A stretch of DNA of 64,000 nucleotides from Octopus vulgaris (GCA_951406725.2 OX597815.1:32302001-32366000), one strand, 5' to 3'; positions 38,099 to 51,831 are shown, counted from the first letter of the stretch. A program made the numbers and translations. The notes: generated by a model not told the origin, from the letters alone.

Positions 38099-38718
38099 CT
38101 AAAATAACTGTCCTAGTCCTCGGGCTGCTGCGAATGCAATAAGAGCTTCAGCAGCTTGTCGTGTCTCGAGGAACAGTTTGGCTTCCTGGAGCCAGTCGGA
38201 AGCTACGTACCGGGACTGGCCGTGTAATTGATTCATGAGGCGCACAGCTCTCTCAATATCACCTTTTTCGAGATAATGGTCGGCATTGGCCAAAATGGCA
38301 AAAGTAGTCAGTTCTTCAACATCTATTAGATCTTTCTCTTTCTTGATGTATGCAGCCTCAAATATAAGAAACGACTGTAAGTAGGAGAGAAGATACTTAA
38401 ACAATGATGAGCCTGGAGCTTCTATCATAGCCACGTTTTTACACACTTTTTTCACTTTAATAAAACGCTCCTTCAGAGCATCCTCTGTCCAAACTCCACG
38501 TTCAATTGCCACTGCAGGGATAGAGTTTAAGATTGTTGACACAAATGGATGGTTCTGCCCAGCATCAGTAACTGTTCTGATTTCTTTCTTCAACGGTTTC
38601 AATTGGTTTTCATTAGACAGTATATTTTTACGCCCCTGTCGAATGACGCCGTTAAGAGCTACACAAGCCAGCCATAACTCTTGAGCTTGTTTAGCTAATT
38701 TCTCTGTTTCTGCTCGGG
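38099..38718 (-). CDS. IMMT: MIC60/mitofilin terminal coding exon (mitofilin domain)
   Basis: AQELWLAC...HPFVSTILNSIP.VAIERGVWTEDALKERF...SLFKYLLSYLQS...GDIERAVRLMNQLHGQSRYVASDWLQEAKLFLETRQA. ttag acceptor, TAG stop. Confidence 0.95.
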
Positions 38719-38989
38719 CTAAAGACAAAAAAAAAAAAGACATTGCAATTTACAATTTAGCACAACTTCATAAACTTATGAAAGAAAAACAACACTAACA
38801 ACAACTTTAATGTTCTTACATGTATACAAGGTGATAGATTTATAAGAGAGAGAAAATTTTCAGTTTTCTGCCATTTAAGGTTTATCAAGTGTATCAGCAA
38901 AAAAAAAAGGAAAAAATGCCAATTCAGCTTTCTGAAAAGCCAGCAATGTTTTTTAACACAGAATAGAAAATTACTGAAATTAGAACTTG

Positions 38990-39395
38990 TACCCGTGCTA
39001 GTAGGGTGCCAAGAGCCCCATCCGAGTGTGATCGTTGCCAGAGCAGCCAACTGGCTTCCGTGCCAGTGGCACGTAAAAGGGCACCATTCGAGCGTGATCG
39101 TTACCAAAGTCGCCTTACTGGCACCTGTGCTGGTGGCATATGTAAAAGGATTCAAGCGAGGTCGTTGCCAGCACTGCCTGACTGGCCCCCGTGCCTGTGG
39201 CACGTAAAAAGCACCCACTACATTCTCGGAGTGGTTGGCATTAGGAAGGGCATCCAGCTGTAGAAACTCTGCCAAATCAAGATTGGAGACTGGTGCAACC
39301 ATCTGGTTCACCAGCCCTCAGTCAAAATCGTCCAACCCATGCTAGCATGGAAAGCGGATGTTAAACGATGATGATGATGAGGATGATGATGATGA
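38990..39395 (+). mobile_element. RTE LINE 3'UTR fragment in the last IMMT intron
   Basis: Ends in GTTAAACGATGATGAT. Confidence 0.8.
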
Positions 39396-39425
39396 ATGAC
39401 TAAACAAAAAGGTAAAATGACCTAC

Positions 39426-39654
39426 CTTCAACTGCAGCTTCAATACCTTTCAGCCGACCAATCCAACCAGACATCTCTGTCTGGAAGGTAGCTCGTTCTT
39501 CCAGAATCTTTATATTCAGTCTCTTATCAAACTCTGTCTCAAGTTCTTTCTCATGTACTTCGAGAGCATCCTTCAGGTGGCAACTATGAGCTGCAGCTTG
39601 ACGTGCTAGATGTGAACGTAAATCTTCTTCAAATTGAATTGCAGCTTTCATCAG
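39426..39654 (-). CDS. IMMT: MIC60 exon (LMKAAIQFEEDLRSHLARQAAAHSCHLKDAL...RLKGIEAAVE)
   Basis: Conserved RQAAAH motif. tag acceptor, gtaggt donor, phase 0/1. Confidence 0.93.
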
Positions 39655-39817
39655 CTAAAAAAAAAAAATGTAATTTACTTCAAATTTTTGTCAAATTTTT
39701 ACATAAAACTCACATGATGAGCAATATATATATATATTTCTGTTTTGGAACATCTCTAAGCATACATAAGGCTATTTTCTTTCGAAAGTGTATAAATTCT
39801 TAAGGCATCAACAATAA

Positions 39818-39852
<35 letters not shown>

Positions 39853-40138
39853 AGAAAAATGAGGTACTCAGAAATCTGGATGGTTTTATATTTACAGATA
39901 TTTATTAGTATGTTAAATGTTTTTATACATCATATATCATATATCATATATTAGTGCTTTTGTCCATTCAAGTGGAGTCTTCAAATTGAACTAAGTTACT
40001 TCAATCTGAAGACTCCACTAGAATGGACGAAAGTGCTAATATATGATATGTAATATATGATGTATAAAAACATGTAACATACTAATAAATATCTGTAAAT
40101 ATAAAACCATCCGAATTTCTGAGTACCTCATTTCTTCT
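39853..40138. repeat. inverted repeat (~138-bp arms, 9-nt spacer) within (TA)n, containing a hammerhead-like motif
   Basis: 39853-39990 pairs with 40000-40138. The + arm has CTGAAGA-C-TCCA-CTAGAA-TGGA-C-GAAA-GTGC-TA. Confidence 0.93.
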
Positions 40139-42012
40139 AATATATATATATATATATCATCATTTAACGTCTGCCTTCCATACTGGCATGGGTTGGACAG
40201 TCTGACAGGAGCTGACCAGGCAGAAGACTGCACCAAGCTTCACAGTCTGTTTTGGCATAATTTTTCTCACAAACAAGCTCCTGAGTTTTTTTATAGCAAG
40301 AAAATAAGGTAATGGTTATCATTAGACAGGTTTGTATGAACAGTAGCTATAGCACTAACATAACCAATTAATGGCATCAAGTTCACTGGTTTCATGATTA
40401 TAAAAATCATTGGCAATGTCCCTTTCTCCGGACTCAGTAAGTAAAAAAAAAATTGATAACTGATGGTAGACAAGAGATACTGCGTTAAGTATGTGGTCAT
40501 GTTTTTGATTATATTCCCCTATAATTATTGACATTGGATAAAGTAATTTTTTTTAAATAATTGAACCTCAGAATAAGCATATATTGAACCGCTGATTGAA
40601 TACATATGTAGTGCAGATTAATATATCGGCCAAGTCTATCACTAAAAAATAATCTACTTAACTTTATGGTTTATTTTCCCCCATAAGCAACACTACTAAA
40701 TAAAACTAATAGTTTACACTTCTATGTTGAAGATGCAGTGTATTCTTTTTATGCCCAAACACACACACACACACATATAATTGTTTGTTTTTATGTTCAG
40801 TTATAATAAAAACAGTTAATCTGATGAATTATTCTACACTTTTCATCATCATTTAATATCTGCTTTCCATGCTAGCATGGGTTGGACAGTCTGACAAGAG
40901 CTAGCTACACGGCATCAGCACTGGCAAGGTCCCCAAATAACTTGCAAGATAGAGATACGTTGAGAGAGGAGGGAGCATTAGAGGAGGTGATCTTGTGCCA
41001 GATGATCTTCAACAAGTTATTGACAGCGCCTTCAAATTTTCAGTCAGCTAAGCCATTGTCAGACTGCGATGCATTAATGTTACCCTATATAAATGTTAGA
41101 CTACATAAAGGCAAGACTAACACACTGCAGTCCAACAATCACTTAGGTGTGTGTACACACATATATATACATATGCTGTGCTTGAAGAGACCTGTTGAGT
41201 CAAGTACGTCAACACCAACATCAAAATAAAAATCAAATGGAAATTGTAGTTAAGATACCCGTGCTGGTGACACGTAAAAAGCACCATCCAAACGTGGCTG
41301 ATGCCAGCGCCGCCTGACTGGCGTCCTTGTCAGTGACACGTAAAAAGCACCAACCAATCATGGCCGTTTGCCAGCCCCTTCTGGCCCTTGTGCCAGTGGT
41401 CCGTAAAAAGCACCCACTACACTCACGGAGTGGTTGGCGTTAGGAAGGGCATCCAGCTGTAGAAACTCTGCTAGATCAGACTGGAGTTTGGTGCAGCCAT
41501 GTGGCTCGCCAGCCCTCAGTCAAAACCGTCCAACCCATGCTAGCATGGAAAACAGACATTAAACGATGATGATGATGATATATATAAAATGGTCTTGCCC
41601 AACGTGTCTCACAGTGGAACTGAACTAAAGACAACATGGTTGGAAGCAAGCTTCTTAACCACACAGCCATGCTTGCATCTATATGCAAACATGAAAATTC
41701 AACAAAAGAAACCCAAGAAATTGAATGAATTACAAGTTTATAAAGCAAAAAAAAAAAAAAAAAAGGAAATTCCCGATGTGATCATCAAACTTACAGATTC
41801 AATGTGTCATAGATGTGATTGTTTTTGAGAAATTTTATGGTATTTGACCAAATCTTTAATGATTTTATCCTCCTCAAATCCTCATGCATACATTTCTATT
41901 TTGTTGATAAACAAAAAGTGTTATATGCTTTAGCCCTTTAACTTTAGAGCAATCTGTTAAAGCATTACATTTAACAGATTACTCAGTTAAATGTAGTGCT
42001 TATATATTCTCA

Positions 42013-42540
42013 TTCATCATCATTTAATGTCTATTGTCCATGTTGGAATGGGTTGGACGGCTTGTCCAGGGCTGGAAGGCTACACCAGACTCCAGTCTGA
42101 TTTGGCATTGTTTCTACATGTGGATGCCCTTCCTAACACCAACCACTCTGAGAGTACATGCTTTTACACGCCACAGGCATGAGCACCATCTGCGTGACAC
42201 CAGCATCTGCCACAACTATGATTTCACTCGGCTTGACAGGTCTTCTCAACCACAGCATGTCGCCAAAGGTTTCAATCACCAGTCATTGCCTCTGTGAGGC
42301 CCAAAGTTCAATGGTCATGCTTCACCACCTCATTTCATGTCTTCCTGGGTCTACCTCTACCACAGGTTCCCTCCAGTTAGAGATCAGCTGTCCCTGTCCA
42401 TATGCATCACATGACCATACCAGCACAGTCATCTCACTTGCACACCACATCTGATGCTTCTTATGCCCTTTTCTCTCAAGATGCTTACACTCTGTCATAC
42501 ATGCACATTGACATTGCACATCCAGCAATGCATACGAGCT
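42013..42540 (-). mobile_element. RTE LINE 3' fragment, apparently inserted into a third piggyBac-like MITE (~41933-42700)
   Basis: RTE C-terminal coding remnant plus 3'UTR. Both flanks resemble the two halves of the 43129-43338 MITE. Confidence 0.65.
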
Positions 42541-43128
42541 TCATGCATTATCTTGTAGCATTAAGATTTCAATGATGTGATTTTTCTTTTTAGAATAACA
42601 TTGTGGGGTAGGTGTGAGAAGCTGAATATGGCCAGTTTGAACATAAAACAAGGTAGTGTTTCAAGCAACCATATCTGACCAAAACATTCTAAAACATTAA
42701 ACGTTCATCATCATCATCATCATCATCATGTAGCATCCGCTTTCCATGCTAGCATGGGTTGGATGGAAGGCTGCACCAGGCCCAGTCTGATCTGGCAATG
42801 TTTCTATGGCTGGATGCCCTTCCTAACGCCAACCACTCCGTGAAAGTAGTGGGTGCTTTTTACGTGCCACCGGCACAGGTGCCAGACGGGGCTGGCAAAC
42901 GGCCACGGTCGGTTGGTGCTTTTTACGTGCCAAACGTGGTACTACATAACAGCACCCAGCACACTATGTAAAGTGGTTGGCATTAGGAAGGGTGTCTAGT
43001 CATAGAAACCATGTCACAACAGACTGGAATCTGATGCAGCATGCCAGCACTGGTCAAACTGCCCAACTCATGTCAGAATGGACAATAGACATTAAATGAT
43101 GATGATTGATTGTCAGTCTTTATATTAA

Positions 43129-43338
43129 CCCTTTAGTGTTCAGATTATTCTGTCAAATGTAATGTTTGTTTATTTAAAATGGTTTGAATTAATCCTGCAT
43201 TATCTTGTAGTTTAGAGATTTCAGTGATGTGATCTTTTAGTTTTAGAACAACATGGTAGGGCTGAAGTGAGAGGCAAGATCTGGTCAGTTTCAATATAAA
43301 ACAGGTTAAATATTTTGGCCGGTTTGAATGCTAAAGGA
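43129..43338. mobile_element. piggyBac-like MITE
   Basis: TTAA|CCCTTTAG...CTAAAGGA|TTAA. Confidence 0.78.
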
Positions 43339-43402
43339 TTAAGCCAATCTGAAATATTCAAGTAGTTTTTTTTTTCTTATTTTTATTTAAATGGATACTT
43401 AC

Positions 43403-43626
43403 TAATTTTTCTTTTTCAATTTCAAATTGTTTCTTCGCAAAGTCTAACTCATCATTCAGTTTTACATCAGCTCTTTTGGCATCATCTGCCCGTTGTTCGC
43501 GCACTGCTTCTTGGAACCTTTCCTGCTCCAAGGCAACCTGTTTAGCAAGCTGTTTCTGTAACTGATCAATGCGAGTGTGGGCATGAACAATCAATGAGTT
43601 TAGGTCCTCTTCAGACATCTTTTTAC
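43403..43626 (-). CDS. IMMT: MIC60 exon (SKKMSEEDLNSLIVHAHTRIDQLQKQLAKQ...EKEKL)
   Basis: DLNSLI.HAH.RIDQL motif. tag acceptor, gtaagt donor, phase 1/0. Confidence 0.93.
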
Positions 43627-43835
43627 CTAGAAGTAATCAATACAGAAGGTTTTCAACTCAAAACAGCACCCAGATGAAGTAGTAAAGTGATCAAGAGTTA
43701 TTTGGAATTACTAGCTTACTGCCCTGCCACCTTCATCAATCACTCCTCCACTCCATCCACCCCTTAACCATTCCCTATCTCTAAACACATCACTTACTCC
43801 TCCCTACCTCCCCTCAATGCTTAATTTTCATTATA

Positions 43836-44058
43836 TTTATTTCTTTACTGCCCACAAGGGGCTAAACTTAGAGGGGACAAACAAGGACAGACAAAGGGAT
43901 TAAGTCGATTACATTGACCCCAGTGCGAAACTGGTACTTTATTTATCGACCCCGAAAGGATGAAAGGCAAAGTCGACCTCGGCGGAATTTGAACTCAGAA
44001 CGTAGCGACAGACGAAATACTGCCCGGCGTGCTAACGTCTCTGCCAGCTCGCCGCCCT
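43836..44058 (-). mobile_element. tRNA-derived SINE family B (Meta-domain-like)
   Basis: Minus strand GGCGGCGAGCTGGCAGA...GAGTTCAAATTCCGCCGAGGTCGACTTTGCCTTTCATCCTTTCGGGGTCGATAAA. Other copies at ~9088-9210, 15868-16080, 44595-44805, 50344-50567, 52507-52928, 54620-54835. Confidence 0.85.
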
Positions 44059-44594
44059 TTCATTATATTTTCCCCCTCACCCATTCCTCATCTCTAACCA
44101 TCCCTCACTACCCATACATTCTTGCAGTCTTCTGTTAGCATCCACTTCTATACACCTACCCTCAAGGTTTACTCTGATATTTCATCATCATTAGCTTATC
44201 TCTCTTTCCAGCACCACCCTAACTACTCCCAACCACGCTTTTATGTGGGTAGCTATGTAACTCCTCTGTTCTGACTCTCTTTCATATTTTGAACTCCCAT
44301 CTCCTAGCCTAAAGCTACCACTAACTCTGATGTAGCCCTACTCATTAGAAGATCTTAGTTTTGCAAGTGGCACAGCAAGCACTCAGTACACTCTGTAAAT
44401 TGGTTGACATTAGGAAAGGTGTCCAACTATAGAAACCATGCCAAAGGAGACACTGGGACACAATGCAGTCTTTAGACCAGCTGGACTCTGTCAAACCATC
44501 CAACAGCATGTAAAATGAACATTAAAATATAATAACAATGATATATAACGTAATCATCATCATCATTTAACATTCATTTTCTCACTGGTATGGG

Positions 44595-44805
44595 ACAGAA
44601 TTGTTAGCACGCCGGGCAAAATGCTTAGCAGTATTTCGTCTGCCACTAAGTTCTGAGTTCAAATTCCACTGAGGTCGACTTTGCCTTTCATCCTTTCGGG
44701 GTCGATTAAATAAGTACCAGTTACGCACTGGGGTCAATATAATCGACTTAATCCGTTTGTCTGTCCTCTCTGTGTTCGACCCCTTGTGGGTAGTAAAGAA
44801 ATAGG
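44595..44805 (+). mobile_element. SINE family B, inverted relative to 43836-44058
   Basis: Same sequence in the opposite orientation. Confidence 0.82.
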
Positions 44806-46107
44806 TATGGGACAGTTTGGCATGAGCTGGCAAGACTGAGAGCAACACCAGGTTCCACTCTCTGTTTTGGCATGGTTTCCACAGCTGGATGCTCTTCCCA
44901 ATGCCAACCACTTTACAGAATGTACTGGGTGCTTTTTATGTGGCACCAGCACCAGTGCTTTTCATGTAGCACCATTGTCAGTGTTTTTCATACAGTACCA
45001 TCACCAGAAATTTTTACATGGCACCAGCACTAATACCTTTTACATGGCAACAGCTCTACTGCCTTTTATGTTGCACCAGCACCAACAGGGTCATCAAGTA
45101 CCTTGCAACACAAAAACCCTTCAACTGGGAGTGGGAGAAGTGGGAGTGGTATAGAGGGAACGTGGATTTGTGCCAGTTGAGAGATTTAAAGTATAGAAGG
45201 GATAGATATGGGTGTCTTGCTGTAGAGTAGATGCATAGATACTCCAGTTGGAAAACAAAGGAGAGTGAGTTGGAGAGTAAGATAAAGAGAGTGATAGTGA
45301 GAGAGATGATAGCGAAGATGTGTTGGGATGTGCCCTTGAGGGACATTGGGATAGTGAGAATAGATGTGATGATATAGAGGACTGGGTTAGGTAAATGGGC
45401 AGGATGAGGTAGGTGACTGTAGCAAATGATGGAGAGATATAGATGAGTTACAGTATATATGTGAGGGCACTGAGGGTGATAGCAGGAAGCAAGGTGTTGA
45501 TGATGGAGAGCAGCACAAAATGGGAAGAAAAAATGCGGAAAGAATGTGAATGTTGGAGACAGTAGGGGGAGGTAACTGGGGAGGGAGAGGAAAGAGTAAC
45601 CAAGAAAGCCAAGCAATGTAGTATGTGCTTATTCTGCTCTCAGGCAATAGAGGAAGTGACGGGTGTTGGGGGATGATATTGTCAAGGAGGGAGAAAGTTG
45701 ATGGGGCAGAGAGGATAGAGTTAAGTATTACTAAGGTGGTTTTAGGATACCAATTCTGCTGTGGTGGATGGGTCTTCTTGAGTACAAGGCACTAGATAAC
45801 TCGGTCCTTTGTCACCTCTTTCGTAAGGAACAGCATCTTAAGATCATATACACACACACACATATACAAAAAAGCATGTATGTGTGTGGTGGGGTCACAA
45901 AGAAGATCCTCTTATTTGTCACCTTCTTACAGTTTTACTATACTATATTTGACTAACAAGACTTGGTACAACCACAGTACCAATGCTATGGTATAAGACA
46001 CTTGCCTCAAGAGGCCAAGCAGTAGGATGAAATGTGTAAGCTCACGAGAACTTCTTAATCACTTAGATATGCCTTACCAAATGGAAATATGTGATGTGGA
46101 TACTTAC

Positions 46108-46234
46108 TTTGTCTATCACCGAGTTTTATACTAGGCACAATACTTTCGAGCTCTCTTCGAAATTTCTCCCGGCTTTGATCCACAAGATGTTTATACTTCT
46201 CAGCCATTTTGCCTTCACTTTCTGCTCTAGATAC
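46108..46234 (-). CDS. IMMT: MIC60 exon (VSRAESEGKMAEKYKHLVDQSREKFRRELESIVPSIKLGDRQ)
   Basis: cag acceptor, gtaagt donor, phase 0/1. Resembles vertebrate A.SEAK...Y..LV..AR..FKREL.SI.P. Confidence 0.9.
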
Positions 46235-46520
46235 CTGTCAGATATGAATGAAAAAGAAAACAATTAGGGATGTAACTGCTAAATAAATTCAAATATAAGA
46301 AAACCTAAGCATAGATGTAGCTGTGTGGTTACTTGCCAGCCACTTGGTTCTAGGTTCAATCCTATTGTGTGACACCGTGTGCAAATATCTTCTACTATAA
46401 CCTGGGCTGACCTAAGCCTTGTGAGTGGATGTGGTAGAAAAAACTAAAAGAAGCCCACCTATCATGCATATATATATGTGTGTGTGTACATAATATAGAT
46501 ATATATATATATATATATAT

Positions 46521-48872
46521 CATCATCATCATTGTCGTTTAACATCCGTTTTCCATGCTGGCATGGGTAGGATGATTTGACTGACGACTGGCAAGCCAGA
46601 AGGCTGTACCAGGCTCCAATCTGATCTGGCATGGATCTACAGCTTGATGCCTTCCTAACACCAACCACTCTGACAGTGTAGTGGGTGTTTTTTATGTGCC
46701 ACCAGCATGAGGGCCTATTAGGCAGTACTGGCATTTTCCACACTTGAACTGGCATGGGAACCAGTCAGGCGGCACTGGCAACGACCTTGCTTGAATGGTG
46801 CTTTTTACATGCCACTAGCACGGGAGCCAGTCATGCGGAACTGGCAACAACCACACTCGAATAGTCCTTTTTACATGCCACAGGCATGGGACCAGTGGCG
46901 TCGATCAGGCTCGAATGGTGCTTTTTACATGCCACCAGCATGGGAGCCAGTCAGGTGGTAATGGCATTGACCATGCTCAAATGGTCCTTTTTACATACCA
47001 CCAGCACGGGTGCCAGTCAGCAAGCACAGTTTATTGCTCAATGATTGAAGGGTACTCTTAAATGGGCCAGTTACGCTGTGGCATAGGCCACAGTTATGTT
47101 CTCACTTGGATTGCCGGGTCTTCTCAAGCACAGCATATCTCTAAAGGTCTCAGTTACTCGCCATCACCTCTGTGAGGCCCAATGTTCAAAGGTCGTGGTT
47201 CACCACCTCATCCCAGGTCTTCCTGGGTCTACCTCTTACACAGATTCCCTCTACTGCTAAGGTGACACTTCTTCACATAGCTGTCCTCATCCATACTTAA
47301 CACATGACCATACCAGCACAGTTGTCTCTCTTGCACACCACATTTAACGCTTATGTCCAACTTTTCTCTAACACTCTGTTATATATGCACACTGACATTA
47401 CACATCCAGCAGAGCATACTAGCTTCATTCCTTGTGAGCTTACGCATGTCCTCAGCAGTCACGGCCCATGTAGCATCATTCTACCTTTTACTCTGAGCAA
47501 GAGGCACTTTGTCACCAGCAGAGGTAAGAGCTCTCTGAACTTTGACAAGGCTATTTTTATTCTAGCAGCTACACTTTCAACACACCCTCCCCAGCTACTG
47601 ACTTGGTCATCTAGATAACGGAAGCTATCAATTACTTGTAGTTTTATCCCCTGGCACGTGACAGAAGCTGTTTTCTGCACATTTTCAGTGTTTATTGCTC
47701 CTGAGCATTTGCCCCACACAAAAACTATCTTCCCAGTTAGCCTTCCTTTGATATTGCTGCACCTTTTATGTGTCCATAGCTTACACTGGGTACATCTTAT
47801 TGAGTTTCTACCTACGCCTTTACTACAGATTGAGCAGGGCCATCTACCTGAAGGGATTTGTGATTTGTCTGCCTTCCTACTTATTAAGACTTTGGTTTTT
47901 GCTAGATTGACTCTAAGGCCCTTTGATTCTAGACCTTGCTTCCACACCTGAAACTTCTCTAGTTCTTATAATGACTCAGCTGTTAGAGCAAGGTTATCAG
48001 CATAGAGAAGCTCCAGGGGCATCCTGCCTTAAATTCCTCCATCATTGCCTGGAGCACTGATGAATAAGAGGCGGCTGAGGACTGATCCTTAGTAGACCCC
48101 TATCCCTACTTAGAATTCTCCACTATACTTGTTACCAATCCTCACTTTATTGACAGCATCCCTGTACATGGCTTGTACAGCTCTCACTAACAACTCATCT
48201 ATCCTAGTTTCCGCATTGACCACCAGATAAGGGATCAGGGGGACCCTGTCAAAGGTTTTCTCCATTTCAACAAAAGCCAGGTACAGAGGTTTATCTTTGG
48301 CTAGGTATTTCTCTTGCAGCTGTCTTACCAGAAATATAGCATCGGTGGTGGTTTTCCCTGGCACAAACCCAAAGTGCATCTCATCCAAACTAACTCTCTC
48401 CCTAATTAGTTGAGCTATGACCTTCTACGTGACTTTCATTACCAGATCCAACAACTTGATATCTCTGTAAGTATTTGCATCTAATGCATCTCCTTTACCT
48501 TTGTAGTAGTTGACTATGGTGCTACTACACTAGTCATTGGGTATGACTCATTCAGGTGACTAGACTATAGCCGACACCACCAGAAATTTTAACCATCTCT
48601 GTGGTGATTCTTGATGGACTGTGGGCTTTCCTTGTCTTCATACCTTTAATTGCTTTATCTATCAAGATACTGTCAATTCAGATAGCTGGTCCCTGAATAG
48701 CTGGTCAGATAGTTGGGTCGACATTTGGCAGACTCTCTTTCACCCATTCATTCTCTTCATTTAGCAACCTTTCATAGTGGCGTCTCCAAGCCTCTCTCTT
48801 TGCAGCTTCATTAAATGCAAGTGAGCCATCATCCATGCAGACACATTTCTCTCCTATGACATCATGATTCTC
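46521..48872 (-). mobile_element. RTE LINE, ~2.35-kb 5'-truncated frameshifted copy
   Basis: RT motifs HFGFVPGKTTTDAIFLVRQLQEKY...KTFDRVP, LYADNL, GLRVNLAKTKV, a Cys-rich insert, then 3'UTR and (GAT)n tail. Confidence 0.93.
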
Positions 48873-49764
48873 TCCCACACACTGTGTGTGTATATATATA
48901 TGAATAAAAAAATATATCATCATCGTCGTTTAACGCCCATTTTCCATGCTAGCATGGGTTGGACAATTAGACTGAGGTCTGGCGAACCAGACGGCTACAC
49001 CAGACTCCAATCTGATCTGGCAGAGTTTCTACAGCTGGATGCCCTTCCTAACGCCAACCACTCCGAGAGTGTAGTGGATGCTTTTACATGCCACCGGCAC
49101 AAGGGCCAGTCAGGCGGTACTGGCAACGGCCAAGCTCAAACGGTGCTTTTTATGTGCTACCTGCACAGTAGCCAGTCCAGCAGCACTGGCAATGACCTCG
49201 CTCAAATGTTTTTTCACGTGCCACCAGCACAAGTGCTAGTAGGCGATGCAGGTAACGATCACACTCGAATAGTAATTTTAACGTGCCATCAGCTCGGAGG
49301 TCAGCTTGTTGCTCTGGCCCCGATCTCACTCGTATGGTTCTCTTAGCGCTCCATTAGCACAGCTGCCAATCATCAAATTTGATTTCGATTTCAATTGTAT
49401 ATATATGTATATCATCATGATGTATATGTATATACATATGGAAATGTGTGTTTGGAAACAGGTAAGGGTCCTTGTCAAGGGCGTCCAGCCATAGAAAATC
49501 TGCCTCAATGGTTTCCAACCAATCCATGCAAGCATAGAAAATAGAAATTAGAAACAAACATCTGTTTTCCTACTGCACAGTTCTGTTTCCCACATGCCTG
49601 AAGACTGATCAATCTGTGTAGTGTAGAAGAAAACTCCCATTGAACCAAAACTATGAGCCAGTTTTAATTTTTTGTTGGAACCACTTCGGCATGGAAAACA
49701 GACGTATGATGATGACGATGACAGAAAAAGAGAAATGAATAGAAAAAAAGAAAGCGGATCTTAC

Positions 49765-49900
49765 CTCACTTGAAGATATATTCAAGCTGTGTGAAATATT
49801 ATTAAATAACTCCTGTCCATCAATCAATAGTGCATTGTGTTTGGTAGCAGTGTTACCAAAACCATCATCTAATGTTTTACGAAGTTTTTCTAATTGTAAT
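49765..49900 (-). CDS. IMMT: MIC60 exon (RLQLEKLRKTLDDGFGNTATKHNALLIDGQELFNNISHSLNISSSE)
   Basis: tttcag acceptor, gtaaga donor, phase 2/0, open frame. Confidence 0.87.
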
Positions 49901-50343
49901 CTGAAATTGAAAGAGAAAAATATTCAAGAAGACATCAGTCAAAATTCTCTGTTAAAGACACTGCTGTGTATTGGAAATGATAACACAGTTATTTAGTCAC
50001 ATATATCTTTTATCATTAACTTGTTTCAGTTGTGAGACTGCAACCATTCTGGAGCACCACCTAGAAGAATTTTTAATCAAATGAGTCAACCCCAGTCCTT
50101 TTCCTTTAAAGCTTGATCCTTTTCTATCAGTCTCTTTTGTCGAACTGCTATGTCATAGGGACCTGAGTGATGGTGGGGGTCAAGCAGACACACACACACA
50201 TAGATATATGAAAGGGCTTCTTTCAGTTTCCATCTACCAAATCCAGTCACAAGGCTTTGGTCAGCCCAAGGAGAAAACACTTACCTATGGTGCCACACAG
50301 TGGGACTGAAGCCAGAACCATGTGGTTGGGAAGCTAACTTCTT

Positions 50344-50567
50344 ATTTCTTTATTGCCCACTAGGGGCTAAACATAGAGGGGACAAACAAGGACAGACAAA
50401 GGGATTAAGTTGATTACATCGACCCCAGTGCGTAACTGGTACTTAATTTATCGACCCTGAAAGGATGAAAGGCAAAGTCGACCTCGGCGGAATTTGAACT
50501 CAAAACGTAACAGCAAACGAAATACTGCTAAGCATTTCGCCCGGCGTGCTAACGTTTCTGCCAGCTA
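50344..50567 (-). mobile_element. SINE family B nested in the head of a family A SINE
   Basis: Family A sequence resumes after it. AGCT(A)..CTTCTTA is duplicated on both sides. Confidence 0.75.
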
Positions 50568-51733
50568 GCTTCTTACCAAACAGCCACACCTGTGCCTATG
50601 TTTTTTTTTGTTTCATTTTATTTCAAAAGTTACATCATCGTTTAACATCTGCTTTCCATGCCCTTCCTAACGCCAACCACTCTGAGAGTGTAGTGTGTGC
50701 TTTTTACATGCCACCAGCATGGGGGCCAGTCAGACGGCACTGGCAACAACCTCACTCGAATCTTTTTACACGTGCCAGTGAAGCGACATTGGTAATGATC
50801 ACGCTCAAATGGTGCCCTTTTATGTGCCACGGGTGGTGCTCTTTTATGTGCCACATATATGTAAAATCATATTTAAAACAAGAAAATACACTCTTACATA
50901 GTTTTATTGACCAAGCTGAATTGATTTATCTCTGCATATTGAAGACTTACTGAATTTTCATTTTTTTCAGTTAATACTTCAAAATCCAGCTGGTAGGATG
51001 TAAATCTCAGGAGCTGCAGATATCAGCTTTGAGAGTTGCATACAACTCACAAATTGGAGTTTTACCACTGTTGATATATACGCTTCCTACCACCAAACCA
51101 TCAAGAATGGAAGCATGATTTATTCTTTTGAAGTGATTTCACTTCTAGATCTAACTGTTCGTTCGTTAACCAGAGACTATGTTGACAGTTTGTACACAAA
51201 CATATGATCCACACAAACTGTTACTTCAAACAACAACTTATGTCATTCTCTCCTCAGCAGATGACCCAGCATCTCCTCCCTTTTCTCTTCACAACATTCT
51301 TCACTGCCTCGCCTTATTGACAGCATCCCTGTACAGGGCTTGTACAGCTCTCACTAACCACTCATCTATACCTAGTTTCCACATTGACCACCAGATAAGG
51401 GATAGGGGGGACCCTGTCAAAGGTTTTCTCCGTGTCAACAAAAGCCAGGTACAGAGGTTTATCTTTGGCTAGGTATTTCTCTTGCATTCTTTACTGCCTT
51501 GTGAGTACATTTAGTAGATGGAGACTGAAAGAAGCCTTTCTCTCTCTCGTGTGTGTGTGTGTGTAATCACATGAACCTAAGAAAGAGGAAAAGTTAAGTC
51601 AATTTTTGCATGATTTGAGCCACAGAGCTACAGATTTTGAGCTCATTACACTTATGCATTAGATTGAACACTCTTACCTCTGCACTAACATGACTACTGT
51701 AGAAGTTTTGAAACATAAAACAATGACATTTAC

Positions 51734-51831
51734 CTGGCATTCATCACCTTCTTATCACATTCATTTGTGACAGCTTGACGTATCTCATATGCACTGGCCA
51801 CAGCTTGCCACTGACTGTCTTTCTCCAAAAC
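51734..51831 (-). CDS. IMMT: MIC60 exon (VLEKDSQWQAVASAYEIRQAVTNECDKKVMNA)
   Basis: aag acceptor, gtaaat donor, phase 0/2. Resembles vertebrate EKKSAQWRTVEGALKER. Confidence 0.87.

Noticed and set aside
46680-47020. Regularly spaced ~60-bp repeats GTGCTTTTTACATGCCAC, superficially CRISPR-like
   Set aside because: Tandem subrepeats of the RTE 3'UTR. The spacers are mutually similar and the context is eukaryotic.
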